A stretch of DNA of 64,000 nt from a bacterium (GTDB taxonomy: Bacteria > UBA8248): the NCBI GenBank assembly GCA_965203325.1, contig OZ241875.1:2944001-3008000 (forward strand), written 5' to 3'. The position numbers and the translations under genes are program-made. The number at the start of each line of letters is the position of its first letter. Position 1 is the stretch's first letter. Positions 49,448 to 59,410 of this stretch are shown here, piece after piece. Under the pieces are notes generated by a model. It was not told where the DNA came from, did not search any database, and worked only from the letters and a program-made list of their open reading frames with translations.

Positions 49448-50176
49448 GTGAAACTAAGAGAAATTGTGCAAGAATCGGACACGAAGGCGGGCCGGGCGTT
49501 CGATTCCTTTATACTCGTCCTGATTATCTTCTCGATTATTACGGTGACATTCGAGACGCTGCCCGACTTGTCCCCTGCTGCGAAGCGGGCGTTTTATATT
49601 TTCGAGAGGGTTACGGTCGTTCTGTTCACCATCGAGTACGTTCTTCGCATAGCGACTGCGCCGAAGATCAAGGGTTACATCTTCAGCTTTCACGGGATAA
49701 TCGACCTGGTCGCTATTCTCCCGTTTTACCTTACAGTTGGATTCGGTCTGCTTGCTGGAATCGATCTTCGCGCTGTCCGCGCTTTTCGTTTGTTCCGCAT
49801 ATTCCGTCTGTTCAAACTTGCGCGATTTGACGGCGCAATGGCGAGATTCGGCAAAGCCCTTTCGTACGCCAAAGAAGAAATAATGATTTTCCTGTTCGCC
49901 ACGATCATACTTCTCTATCTTTCGGCGGTGGGCATCTACTATTTCGAACACGAATGCCAACCAGAGAATTTCGGCTCCATCATCCATAGCTTGTGGTGGG
50001 CCATAATTACGCTCACGACGGTGGGCTACGGCGATGTGGTTCCGATGACGGTGGGAGGAAAGCTGTTCACGTTCATTATTTTGATGTGTGGTCTGGGAGT
50101 AGTGGCCGTACCTGCGGGAATTGTCTCGTCGGCATTGTCGAAAGTTGTGAGAAATGAAGAACGGCAGCAAGGATGA
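49448..50176 (+). CDS. Voltage-gated potassium channel (ion transporter), lower GC
   Basis: S4 RAVRAFRLFRIFRLFKLAR; pore TTVGYGD. Confidence 0.9.
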   Translation: MKLREIVQESDTKAGRAFDSFILVLIIFSIITVTFETLPDLSPAAKRAFYIFERVTVVLFTIEYVLRIATAPKIKGYIFSFHGIIDLVAILPFYLTVGFGLLAGIDLRAVRAFRLFRIFRLFKLARFDGAMARFGKALSYAKEEIMIFLFATIILLYLSAVGIYYFEHECQPENFGSIIHSLWWAIITLTTVGYGDVVPMTVGGKLFTFIILMCGLGVVAVPAGIVSSALSKVVRNEERQQG

Positions 50177-50308
50177 CTCTACGGGAATTTCGAGCTTTTG
50201 GTTTTAGTCTCAAGGCACGCTTTTCCTGATCGTCTTGATGCCGTATTCTTGGGCCTTTGCGATTCCCATTTTTCCAAAACGTAATCTCATGTTCCGACGG
50301 AGAAATTC

Positions 50309-51337
50309 ATGAAAGCGGCTCTGCTTGAGAAAACGCGCGTGATGAGCGTGGGGGAACGGCCCGACCCCGGCCTGCCCGCCGACCACGCGCTGGTGCGGGT
50401 GGCGACTTCGGCCATCTGCGGCACGGACGTATCCATCTGGGCGGGAAAGATGCCCGCGCGCATCCCGCTCATCCCCGGCCACGAGTGCACGGGCACGGTG
50501 GAGCAGGTCGGCGAGAGCGTCACGAGGCTCAAAGTCGGCGACCGGGTGGTGCTGAACCCGCTTTCGAGTTGCGGGACGTGCTTCTACTGCGTGCGCGGGC
50601 TGACGAACCTCTGCCTGCACGGCGGCCTGCGGGGCCGCGAGGTGCCGGGCACCTTCGCCGAGTACATCGCCGTGCGCGAGACGGAAGCGTTCGCCTTCCC
50701 CGAACACGTGAGCTTCGCCGCGGCGACGAACTTCGTGGGTCTTTACACGGTCGTCTACAGCCAGAGAAAGGCGCCCTACATCGCGGGCGCGCGCGTGGCG
50801 GTTCTCGGGCAGGGGAGCAGCGGCCTGCTCCATACGCAGCTGGCGAAAGTCTCCGGCGCAGCGTCCGTCATCGCCGTGACGAGGAGCAAGTGGAAGCTTG
50901 AGGTGGCGAAAGAGATGGGTGCTGATGAAATCGTGCCCGCCGGCGAGGTGGACCCCGTCGAAGCCGTACGCGACCTCACCGACGGCCTGGGCGCGGACAT
51001 CGTGATCGAGACGGCGGGCGCCGCCGAGACCATGGTGCAGGCCTACGACATGGTGCGGCCCGGGGGCGCGATTCTCCAGTTCGGCATCGGGCCGGCCGCG
51101 GTCGACGGCGTGCCGGGCCAGGCCTATTACTTCAAGGACCTGACCGTCATCGGCTCTCGCGCGGGCCTGCCCGAGGATTTCGAGAGCGCCATCCGCCTGG
51201 TGGCGACCGGTCAGATCGACCTGGAGCCCCTCGTCACCCACCACTTCGCGCTCGATGAGATTCAAAAGGGCTTCGAGTTCGTCGACTCAGGCGGAGACGG
51301 CGGCACGCTCCGGGCGGTGATCGATATAGCGAACTGA
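50309..51337 (+). CDS. Zinc-dependent MDR alcohol dehydrogenase
   Basis: ICGTD, GHE, C..C..C...C structural Zn site, GQGSSG. Confidence 0.9.
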   Translation: MKAALLEKTRVMSVGERPDPGLPADHALVRVATSAICGTDVSIWAGKMPARIPLIPGHECTGTVEQVGESVTRLKVGDRVVLNPLSSCGTCFYCVRGLTNLCLHGGLRGREVPGTFAEYIAVRETEAFAFPEHVSFAAATNFVGLYTVVYSQRKAPYIAGARVAVLGQGSSGLLHTQLAKVSGAASVIAVTRSKWKLEVAKEMGADEIVPAGEVDPVEAVRDLTDGLGADIVIETAGAAETMVQAYDMVRPGGAILQFGIGPAAVDGVPGQAYYFKDLTVIGSRAGLPEDFESAIRLVATGQIDLEPLVTHHFALDEIQKGFEFVDSGGDGGTLRAVIDIAN

Positions 51338-51385
51338 CGCCCGCAGACCACCGCGGGCATGTCTCCGGCAAAGGAGGAGGTCGTC

Positions 51386-52258
51386 ATGGCTTTTGAGCAC
51401 CCGTTTATTCGCATCGCAAACGTCACGCCCGAGAAACTGGACGAGAAAGAGGGCTGGAGCGTCTCCGATTTCCGGGTCGTCGTCAGCGGGAAGGAGGGGT
51501 CTTCCTCCATCATGTACCACGCCACGCTGGCCCCCGGCGATCGCCACCACAAGCACCGCTACGAGAACTGCCAGATGCAGTATTACGTCGTGAGCGGCCA
51601 CGGCCTGGCGGGAGCGGGGGAGGACCGCGTGGAGGTGCATGCGGGCCACTTCCACCTGATCCCCAAGGGCGTGGAGCACTGGCTCGTGAACCTGGGCCGG
51701 CACGACCCCCTGGTCATCATCGGGTTCTACGACCGCGTTCCCTATTTCAGGGACACCGGGCATGTCTATCTCGGCGATATCACCGAGGCCGACATCGCCG
51801 CACCGCGTACGCTGAGCGCAGCCGCCCTGCAGCATCCCCTCGTGCACAACGACGAGGTTCCCCACGTCAAGGTGTCGCATGAGGAGGGCTGGACGCAGGA
51901 TTACTTCAACGAGCCGCTGAACCGCAGCGTCGGCGCGGGCTCGTGCTGGATGCAGGGCTACTTCGGCCCCCACACCGTGCACATGAAGCACCGCCACAAC
52001 AACTGCGAGGAGATTTGCTATATCCTGAAGGGCCGCGGCCTGGCGGGCATCGGGAACGATCGCGGGGAAGTCTTCGCAGGCGACGTGAACTACATCCCCG
52101 CCGGGGCGGAGCACTGGCTCGCGAACATCGACGACACCGAAGACCTCTCCGCACCCGGCTGGTACATCGGCGTGGGCGGGCTGGATGAGAGCGGCTTCGA
52201 GTACCTGGGGCCGGTGACGGACGAGGACCTGAAACAGCGGACGGGCGTGGTCGAGTAG
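51386..52258 (+). CDS. Bicupin protein
   Basis: Two cupin domains (HKHRYENCQMQYY and HMKHRHNNCEEICY), each with IPxGxEHWL. AGGAGGAGG RBS before ATG 51386. Confidence 0.82.
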   Translation: MAFEHPFIRIANVTPEKLDEKEGWSVSDFRVVVSGKEGSSSIMYHATLAPGDRHHKHRYENCQMQYYVVSGHGLAGAGEDRVEVHAGHFHLIPKGVEHWLVNLGRHDPLVIIGFYDRVPYFRDTGHVYLGDITEADIAAPRTLSAAALQHPLVHNDEVPHVKVSHEEGWTQDYFNEPLNRSVGAGSCWMQGYFGPHTVHMKHRHNNCEEICYILKGRGLAGIGNDRGEVFAGDVNYIPAGAEHWLANIDDTEDLSAPGWYIGVGGLDESGFEYLGPVTDEDLKQRTGVVE

Positions 52259-52306
52259 TGCCGCCCCGCATCCTGAGAAGTACAACCATTATGTGAGGAA
52301 AAATTC

Positions 52307-53164
52307 ATGCCGCTTCAATACCCCCTGGTGCACGTAGACGACATCGCTCCCGAGAAGATGGAAGAGAAGGAAGGCTGGGCGATCTCCGAGTTTCGCCTGC
52401 CCATCACCGGCGCGCACGGAAGCTCGACGACCGCCTTTCACTCCATCTTCCGGCCCGGCTCCACGCACGCGAAACACTCCCATTCCGAGTGCGAGGAAAT
52501 CGCGGTGTACTTGAAGGGCCTCGGTGTGGTCGGCCAGGGGGACCAGCGCGCGGAGGTGCGCGAGGGCCACTGCCGCCTCATGCCCAAGGGGTCTACGCAT
52601 TTCTTCTACAACGAGACGAAGGACGAAGAGGCGATGGTGGTCGGTTTCTACCTCGGCGCGCCGAGCGTGGCGGGCACGGGCTATTCGTTTCACGGCGACG
52701 TGACGCAAGCCGACCTCGAGGTGCCGCGCGAGGGCATTACCGACGGCATCCTGGTGCATCTGGACGACGTGCGGCCCGAGAACATGAACGAGGGCGAGGG
52801 CTGGTCGATCACCGACTTCAGGCTCCCCATCGGGCGGCACAACGGCAGCGATACGACGCTGTTCCGCGCGCGCTTTTTCCCGGGCGCGGTGCACAAGAAG
52901 CACAGGCACGACAACTGCGAGGAGATATACTACATCATCAGCGGCCACGGCCTGGCGGGGGCCGGCCCCGACCGCGTCGAGGTGCGCGGCGGGCATTTCC
53001 ACTACATCCCGAAAGGGGTGGAGCACTGGCTCCACAACCTGAGCGATACCGATCCCATCGAGGCGGTGGGCATCTACATCGGAAGCGGGAGGGTGGAGGA
53101 GACGGGCTACGTCTACATGGGCGACGTGACCGAAGCGGACATCGAGGCGCGCACGCCGCTGTAG
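52307..53164 (+). CDS. Bicupin protein, paralog of upstream gene
   Basis: HAKHSHSECEE and HKKHRHDNCEE motifs; PKG..H second motifs. Confidence 0.82.
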   Translation: MPLQYPLVHVDDIAPEKMEEKEGWAISEFRLPITGAHGSSTTAFHSIFRPGSTHAKHSHSECEEIAVYLKGLGVVGQGDQRAEVREGHCRLMPKGSTHFFYNETKDEEAMVVGFYLGAPSVAGTGYSFHGDVTQADLEVPREGITDGILVHLDDVRPENMNEGEGWSITDFRLPIGRHNGSDTTLFRARFFPGAVHKKHRHDNCEEIYYIISGHGLAGAGPDRVEVRGGHFHYIPKGVEHWLHNLSDTDPIEAVGIYIGSGRVEETGYVYMGDVTEADIEARTPL

Positions 53165-53298
53165 CGTCGCCAGAGCATGTAAGACGCGAAGATAGCAGGC
53201 GTTCATATATTCCTTTTGCCTTTCGCGCGCGCCGTGCTATGCTTGTAAGGCGTGTGGGAGCAATAAGCATTCCAGGATAAAAATAATGGAGCAAAGCC

Positions 53299-53847
53299 AT
53301 GAAGATAACCGAGGCGGCGGCGGATAAGGTCAAGGAAATCATGGAGCAAAACGGCGGCGGTTTCGCCGGAATCCTGATCAGCTTCGAGGGCGGCTACAAG
53401 CTCGACCTAGTGCGGGATGAGGATGCGGACCAGTACATCCGGGTGGAGAACCCCCTGCTGGGCGTCTTCGCCTCGTCCGAGCACGTCGACAGGGCGGAGA
53501 AGGCCCAGATCGAGTTCGTCACCGAAGGCCCGACGAGCGGGTTCAAGGTGACGCGCGAGATGACCGACGGCGATACGTCCCTCCTGGAGCAGATTCAGGA
53601 GATCATCGACACGGAGATCAATCCGGCGGTGGCGTCCCACGGCGGCTACATCAGCCTGCTGGACGTGGAGGAGAAGCGCGTGTTCGTGCAGATGGGCGGC
53701 GGCTGCGCGGGCTGCGGCATGGCGGACGTGACGCTCAAGTCAGGCGTCGAGGCGCGGCTGCAGCAGCTCGACCCCGAGATACAGGTGGTCGACACCACCG
53801 ACCATGCGGCGGGCACGAACCCGTACTACGCGCCGACGCAAAAATAA
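53299..53847 (+). CDS. nfuA: Fe-S cluster carrier NfuA-like
   Basis: Degenerate A-type N-domain (ITEAAADK); INPAVASHGG, GGGCAGC, DHAAGTNPYY. Confidence 0.85.
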   Translation: MKITEAAADKVKEIMEQNGGGFAGILISFEGGYKLDLVRDEDADQYIRVENPLLGVFASSEHVDRAEKAQIEFVTEGPTSGFKVTREMTDGDTSLLEQIQEIIDTEINPAVASHGGYISLLDVEEKRVFVQMGGGCAGCGMADVTLKSGVEARLQQLDPEIQVVDTTDHAAGTNPYYAPTQK

Positions 53848-53870
53848 GTTTTAAGCGAAAAGGAATGAAG

Positions 53871-53896
53871 GGCCGGCCGTCTGGCCGGCCTTTTTT
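53871..53896 (+). terminator. Rho-independent terminator between convergent genes
   Basis: ggccggcc-gtct-ggccggcc followed by tttttt. Confidence 0.75.
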
Positions 53897-53902
53897 CCTG
53901 AA

Positions 53903-55156
53903 CTATTCCCCGATATCGAAGCGGAGTTTCGCGTGCGCCGCGCGCAGGGCGGCCTCCACCTCTTCGGGCCGCTCCCCTTTGGCGAAGATGAAGCCCAGAT
54001 ATCTCTCACCTTCGGGCAGCGGCACGACGCGGCCGCCGACGTGGATGGATATGTCGACCTCCACGACGCCGGGCACGGCCATGGCCTCCTCTTTGCCCTC
54101 GACCCCCCTCAGCACCCCCGCGCCGGGGATGGGAATCATCATGACGCCGGAAGCGCTTTTCTCGCGTTCCATGGAGGGGGGCGGGACGCCGAGCGCCTGG
54201 GAGAGGATGAGGCATTCGAGCGAGGCGCCGCCGCCGAACTCGAGCGCGCCCGAGCATTTCCCGCCGATGGCGCGGCTCGCCACGTCGATCACACGGATTT
54301 CGCCCGCGTCGTTGATTCTGAGTTCCGCGTGGAGGGGGCCCTCGCGCAGGCGGATGGCCCGGGCGGCGCGGGTGGTTTCCTCGCGGATTTTATCTTGCGT
54401 CTCATCACTCAGCCGCGAGGGCGTGACGTAGATGGTTTCCTCGAAAAAAGGGCCTTCGAGCGGGTCGGGCTTGTCGAAGATGGCGAGTATGTGCACTTCG
54501 CCGCGCACGACGAGACCCTCCACCGCGACTTCGACGCCATTGAGGTAATCCTCCACCAGGATCATCCGCGCCTCAGCACCTCCGCGCGCGATGGTTTCGG
54601 GGTCATCCAGTATCGCGCCGACCCGGCGGTAGGCCTCCGCGAATTCCGTCTCATCGTTCGCGCGAATCACCCCCCGGCTCGCGGCGAGAAATGTGGGTTT
54701 CAGCACACAGGGATAGCGGAGACCCTGGGCGATTTTCTCAGGCTCCTCCTGGGCGGAGACGAGGCGGAACGAGGGCGAGGGCAGGCCCTCTTCCGAGAGC
54801 ACCTTTCTCAGTTCGTACTTGCTCCGCGTCGTGCGGGAGGCTTCTACGGGGTGATAGGGTAGCCCCAGCGCTTCGGCGGCCATGGCTCCCAGGATGAGCG
54901 TGTCGTCGTCCACGGGCGCGATAGCGTCGATGGGAAATTCCCTGGCGAACGTCTCGATGAGTCCCGCGCCTACTTCGGGCTGGGCGTAATCGAGCGTGAT
55001 GGAGCCGCCCGGGTTCAACTCGGCCAGAAGGTCGGGTCGGTCGGTTCCCACCGTGACGCGGACGCCCATCTCCCCCGCCGCCGCCATGTAGGCCGACGCG
55101 CGGTAGGTGGCCGTCGTCATGAGCAGGAGGACGCGTTTTCCTTCTTCAGGTGGCAT
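53903..55156 (-). CDS. ATP-grasp domain protein
   Basis: PCVLKP..LAASRGVIRA, VEDYL.G.EVAVEG, FDKPDPLEGPFFEETIYVTPS. Confidence 0.85.
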   Translation of the reverse strand: MPPEEGKRVLLLMTTATYRASAYMAAAGEMGVRVTVGTDRPDLLAELNPGGSITLDYAQPEVGAGLIETFAREFPIDAIAPVDDDTLILGAMAAEALGLPYHPVEASRTTRSKYELRKVLSEEGLPSPSFRLVSAQEEPEKIAQGLRYPCVLKPTFLAASRGVIRANDETEFAEAYRRVGAILDDPETIARGGAEARMILVEDYLNGVEVAVEGLVVRGEVHILAIFDKPDPLEGPFFEETIYVTPSRLSDETQDKIREETTRAARAIRLREGPLHAELRINDAGEIRVIDVASRAIGGKCSGALEFGGGASLECLILSQALGVPPPSMEREKSASGVMMIPIPGAGVLRGVEGKEEAMAVPGVVEVDISIHVGGRVVPLPEGERYLGFIFAKGERPEEVEAALRAAHAKLRFDIGE

Positions 55157-55925
55157 ACCATCCGCCGTCCACCAGGAGCGACGTGCCCGTGACGAGGCTG
55201 CTCGCCTCGGAAGCGAGGAAGATGGCCGGCCCCACCAGTTCGCTCATCTGCCCGAAGCGGCCCATGGGCGTTCTCTCGCAGATGGCGTCGTAGATGAGTT
55301 CGTCTTCCTGCAGGGAGGCGGTGAGCTCCGTCTCGATAAAGGTGGGACAGATGGCGTTCACCTGAATGTTGTCCGTCGCATACTCGCGGGCGAAAACGCG
55401 CGTCAGGCCGATGAGGCCGCTTTTGGACGACGTATACGGTCCGTAGCACTGCTGACGGGGGTTCCGGAATACCGACCAACCCATCAGGGATGAGATGTTG
55501 ATCACCTTGCCGCCGCCCGCTTTTTTCATCTCCTCGCCCGCGCGGCGCGTGATGAAGAAGATGCTCTTGAGATTGAGGTCGAGTATCCTGTCCCAGTCCG
55601 CCTCGCTGATGTCCCAGAGCGTTTTCCGCACGTTCGTGCCCGCGTTGTTCACCAGAATGGTGAGGCCGCCGAGTGCGGCGGCGGCTTCCACCACCATGCG
55701 CTCGGCGGATTCCATGTCGGTCACGTCGGCCTGGATGAGCGCGCACTTGCGGCCCATACCCTCGATGGCTTCTTTCGCTTCGGCGGCGGGTTCGATGTCG
55801 ATGTCCGCGATGACGACGTCGGCGCCCGCTGCGGCGAAGCCCTCGGCCATCGTGCGCCCGATGCCGCGGCCGGCGCCCGTTATGAGCGCCTTGGCGCCGC
55901 TCAGATCGAAAAGGGATTGACTCAT
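55146..55925 (-). CDS. SDR oxidoreductase, gluconate 5-dehydrogenase-like
   Basis: LFDLSG...TGAGRGIG, NNAG, YTSSK, RTPMGR. Confidence 0.88.
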   Translation of the reverse strand: MSQSLFDLSGAKALITGAGRGIGRTMAEGFAAAGADVVIADIDIEPAAEAKEAIEGMGRKCALIQADVTDMESAERMVVEAAAALGGLTILVNNAGTNVRKTLWDISEADWDRILDLNLKSIFFITRRAGEEMKKAGGGKVINISSLMGWSVFRNPRQQCYGPYTSSKSGLIGLTRVFAREYATDNIQVNAICPTFIETELTASLQEDELIYDAICERTPMGRFGQMSELVGPAIFLASEASSLVTGTSLLVDGGWYAT

Positions 55926-56112
55926 GTGTGATTCTCCTTTTTAGGGGTGTCGGGTTTTTCCCGATTCTCTCCACCGGAGCGTTCGGGGTCAATGGGCGCA
56001 GGGCCTTCTCGTTGGCCTCGGGGGGAGAGTGTGATAATCAATAGGGAGAATTTCTGCTATTTTCCGTTCTCATTTGAGAGTGGTTTTCGGGTCCCTGGAG
56101 CGGGAGTGGACG

Positions 56113-57762
56113 ATGGCGAAGCCCAAGGATAACGGCGCGAAAAAAGAGCGCCCCGTCCGCGATGCGGCCTACAACTCGGGCAAGCCCGTACCCGTGGTCT
56201 ACGGCCCGCAAACGCCGGATGCTGCGTATCAAGAAAAAATCGGCGCGCCGGGGGAATACCCCTACACGCGGGGCATCTACCCCACGATGTACCGGGGCTC
56301 GCTCTGGACGATGCGCCAGTACGCGGGGTTTTCCACCTCGGCGGACACCAACGCGCGGTTTCACTTCCTGCTCGGAAACGGCCAGACGGGCCTCTCGATG
56401 GCCTACGATCTGCCCACGCAACTCGGTCTCGATTCGGACGATGAGGCCGCGCAGGACGACGTGGGCCGCCTGGGCGTCGCCGTGGACACCGCCCAGGACA
56501 TGGCGGACGTCTTCGAGGGGATACCGCTCGACAGGGTGAGCGTCTCGCACACCATCAACTCCACCGCCGCCATCATCCAGGCGTTCTGGCTCATCGCCGC
56601 CGAGCGCCAGGGAGTCGCGCTGGACAAGCTGCGCGGCACCTTCCAGAACGACATGCTCAAGGAATACATCGGCCGGGGCACGTGGATATTTCCCCCGCGG
56701 CCCTCCATGCGTCTCGTCGCCGACATCATCGAGTACAACGCGAAGCATTGCCCGCGCGTGAACGCTGTCAGCGTCTCGGCCACCCACATCGCCGAAACGG
56801 GCGCGACCCTCGCGCAGGACGTCGCCTTCCCCATCCTGAACGCGCTGGCCTACATACGCGAACTCACCGGACGCGGCCTCCACGTGGATGACTTCGTGCC
56901 CACGATGTCGTTTCATCTATCTATCGGCGGAGGCGTGGGGCCGTTCAACCTGCTCGAATCTATCGGCAAGCTGCGCGCCGCGCGCCGCATCTGGGCGCGC
57001 ACGATGAAGGAGAAATACGGCGCGAAAAACCCGAGGACCATGCAGCTCAAGTTCTCGACCGGCAATTGCGGCAGCCGCATGGCGGCGCGCGAGCCGCTCA
57101 ACAACATCGTGCGCCAGACGCTCTACACCCTGGCCGCCGTTCTGGGCGGCACGCGCTCGGTCAACATGGCGTGCTTCGACGAAGCCTTCGAGATTCCCTC
57201 GGACGAGTCCATCCGCACGGCGTTGCGCATTCAGCAGGTCATCGCCCATGAGAGCGGCGTGGCCGACACGGTGGACCCGCTGGCGGGCGGCTACGCGGTG
57301 GAAGCCGTGACGGATCAGGTGGAAGAGGAGATTCAGGCCATCGTGGACGATTACGAGTCGCGTGGCGGCATCGTTCCCTTCATCGAGAGCGGGGAAATCC
57401 AGAGGCTCCTCGCGCGGCAGGCCTATGAGCACCAGCGCAAGATCGCGGAGGGCGAGCAGGTGTGGGTGGGGGTGAACAAGTTCACCTCCGAGGAGGAAGA
57501 CCGCATGGGGGCGGGCGAGGGCCTCTACGAGGCGGACGATTCGGCGCTCGAGAAACAAATGGCGCGTCTTGCAGAGGTGAAGGCCGCCCGCGATGAGGGC
57601 GAAGTGGCTGCGCAGCTCGAAAGGCTGGCGAGGGCGTGCGAGTCGAAGGAGAACCTCGTGCCTTATCTCATGGACGCCGCCCGGGCGCGCCTCACGGTGG
57701 GGGAGATGACCGGGGTGATGCGCGGCGCCTTCGGCGCTTACGTGGAGCCGTCGGTCGTTTGA
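56113..57762 (+). CDS. B12-dependent acyl-CoA mutase, large (substrate-binding) subunit, divergent active site
   Basis: PGEYPYTRG, WTMRQYAGF, DLPTQ, QNDMLKE, RAARRIW, DPLAG. Confidence 0.9.
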   Translation: MAKPKDNGAKKERPVRDAAYNSGKPVPVVYGPQTPDAAYQEKIGAPGEYPYTRGIYPTMYRGSLWTMRQYAGFSTSADTNARFHFLLGNGQTGLSMAYDLPTQLGLDSDDEAAQDDVGRLGVAVDTAQDMADVFEGIPLDRVSVSHTINSTAAIIQAFWLIAAERQGVALDKLRGTFQNDMLKEYIGRGTWIFPPRPSMRLVADIIEYNAKHCPRVNAVSVSATHIAETGATLAQDVAFPILNALAYIRELTGRGLHVDDFVPTMSFHLSIGGGVGPFNLLESIGKLRAARRIWARTMKEKYGAKNPRTMQLKFSTGNCGSRMAAREPLNNIVRQTLYTLAAVLGGTRSVNMACFDEAFEIPSDESIRTALRIQQVIAHESGVADTVDPLAGGYAVEAVTDQVEEEIQAIVDDYESRGGIVPFIESGEIQRLLARQAYEHQRKIAEGEQVWVGVNKFTSEEEDRMGAGEGLYEADDSALEKQMARLAEVKAARDEGEVAAQLERLARACESKENLVPYLMDAARARLTVGEMTGVMRGAFGAYVEPSVV

Positions 57763-58175
57763 TGGCGAACGGGAGCAAGCGCATACGGGTGCTGATGGCG
57801 AAGCCGGGCCTCGACGGGCACGACCGGGGGGTCAAGGTCATCATCCATGCGCTCAGGGACGCCGGCATGGAGGTGATCTATTCGGGTCTCAGGCAGACGG
57901 TGGAGCAGATCGTCTCCGTCGCGATCCAGGAGAACGTGGACGTGATCGGCCTGAGCATCCTCTCGGGCTCCTACATGGGGATTGCGCGCAGGCTCATGGC
58001 GAGAATCAAGGAAGAAGACCTCGATGATTGCCTCGTCATCCTGGGCGGGAACATCCTGGAGCGCGACGTGGCGGGGCTCAAATCCTTAGGAATAGCCGAA
58101 GTGTTCAACCACCATGCGGAGATGGCCGAAGTCGTCTCATACATCAGGAACAATACGGCGACCGGCGCGGCCTGA
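57762..58175 (+). CDS. Acyl-CoA mutase small cobalamin-binding subunit
   Basis: KPGLDGHDRG (DxHxxG), GLSILSG, GG. ATG overlaps the upstream TGA. Confidence 0.92.
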   Translation: MANGSKRIRVLMAKPGLDGHDRGVKVIIHALRDAGMEVIYSGLRQTVEQIVSVAIQENVDVIGLSILSGSYMGIARRLMARIKEEDLDDCLVILGGNILERDVAGLKSLGIAEVFNHHAEMAEVVSYIRNNTATGAA

Positions 58176-58190
58176 CGGCGGCGCATTTTC

Positions 58191-59399
58191 GTGGGGGAAT
58201 CAGTTTTGGAAAAGCCGCTGGAGGGCGTGCGCATACTCGATCTTTCCGCCCTGCTCGCAGGCCCGTACGGCAGCATGGTGCTGGCCGATCTGGGCGCCGA
58301 CGTCATCAAGATAGAGGTGCCGGGCCGGGGCGACCTCGTCCGCACCATGCCGCCGCACTATGTCGGCGAGACGAGCGCCTACTTCATCGCGCTCAACAGG
58401 AACAAACGGGGCATTTTCCTGAACTTAAAAGACGAAGAGGGCTACCGCGTCTTTTGCGAGATGGTGAAGCGCTCCGACGTCGTTTATGACAATTACCGCC
58501 CCGGCGTCCTGGAGCGGCTGGGCGCGGACTACGAAACGCTTAAAGTAGTGAATCCGCGCATCATCAGCGCCTCCGTCACCGGCTACGGACTCACCGGCCC
58601 CGAGAAGGACAAGCCCGCGCTCGACCTCATCATCCAGGGGCGCGGCGGCATCATGAGCTTCACCGGCGAGCCGGGCCGGCCGCCCGTGCGCCTGGGCGTT
58701 CCCATGGGAGACATGGGCGGCGGCCTGTTCGCCGCCCACGGGATTCTGGCGGCGCTCTACAAGCGCGAGCGGACGGGCGCGGGCCAGAAGGTGGACGTCT
58801 CGCTCCTCGACAGCCAGCTTTATCTCGCGAGCTACCGCGCGCAGTACTACCTGACGGCGGGCGACGTGGCCGAGCCGATGGGCACGGGCCACGCATCCGC
58901 CGTCCCCATCGGCGCGTACCAGTGCGGCGACGGCAAGTGGCTCGTGCTCGACGCCATTCTGGATCATTTCTTCGAGAGCCTTTGCGACGCGCTGGGTCAT
59001 CCCGAATGGAAGGACGATCCGAGGATGAAGGATCGCCCCACCCGCCTTGAGAACCGCGAATACGTGGACGCCAAGCTCTCGGAAGTCTACAAGACGAACA
59101 CCGCCGCGCACTGGATCGAGAGAATCGAGGCGCACGGCGTTCCCTGCGGGCCGATTCAGAGCATCGACGAGGCGCTGAACGATCCCCAGACGCGCTCGCG
59201 CGAGATGGTGGTGGAGATGACGCATCCCGACCTCGGCGATATGAACACGTTCAACACGCCCATCAAGATGGAGGGCACGTGGGGGTCTACTCCCTCGCCG
59301 CCTCCCCTGATGGGCGAGCACACCGAAGAAGTGCTCAGGGAAGTGCTCAATCTGGGCGATGCGGAAATCGAAAGGTTAAAAGAACGCAAGGCGATTTGA
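58191..59399 (+). CDS. Family III (CaiB/BaiF) CoA-transferase
   Basis: LAGPY...LADLGADVIKIE, NRNKR, NYRPG, catalytic D in PMGDMGGG, GEHTEEVL. Alternative TTG start at 58206. Confidence 0.9.
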   Translation: MGESVLEKPLEGVRILDLSALLAGPYGSMVLADLGADVIKIEVPGRGDLVRTMPPHYVGETSAYFIALNRNKRGIFLNLKDEEGYRVFCEMVKRSDVVYDNYRPGVLERLGADYETLKVVNPRIISASVTGYGLTGPEKDKPALDLIIQGRGGIMSFTGEPGRPPVRLGVPMGDMGGGLFAAHGILAALYKRERTGAGQKVDVSLLDSQLYLASYRAQYYLTAGDVAEPMGTGHASAVPIGAYQCGDGKWLVLDAILDHFFESLCDALGHPEWKDDPRMKDRPTRLENREYVDAKLSEVYKTNTAAHWIERIEAHGVPCGPIQSIDEALNDPQTRSREMVVEMTHPDLGDMNTFNTPIKMEGTWGSTPSPPPLMGEHTEEVLREVLNLGDAEIERLKERKAI

Positions 59400-59410
59400 G
59401 GGGGCTTGTC

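Noticed and set aside
55926..56112. Cobalamin riboswitch upstream of the mutase
   Set aside because: No recognisable B12-box or conserved core seen by eye; an Infernal scan would be decisive.
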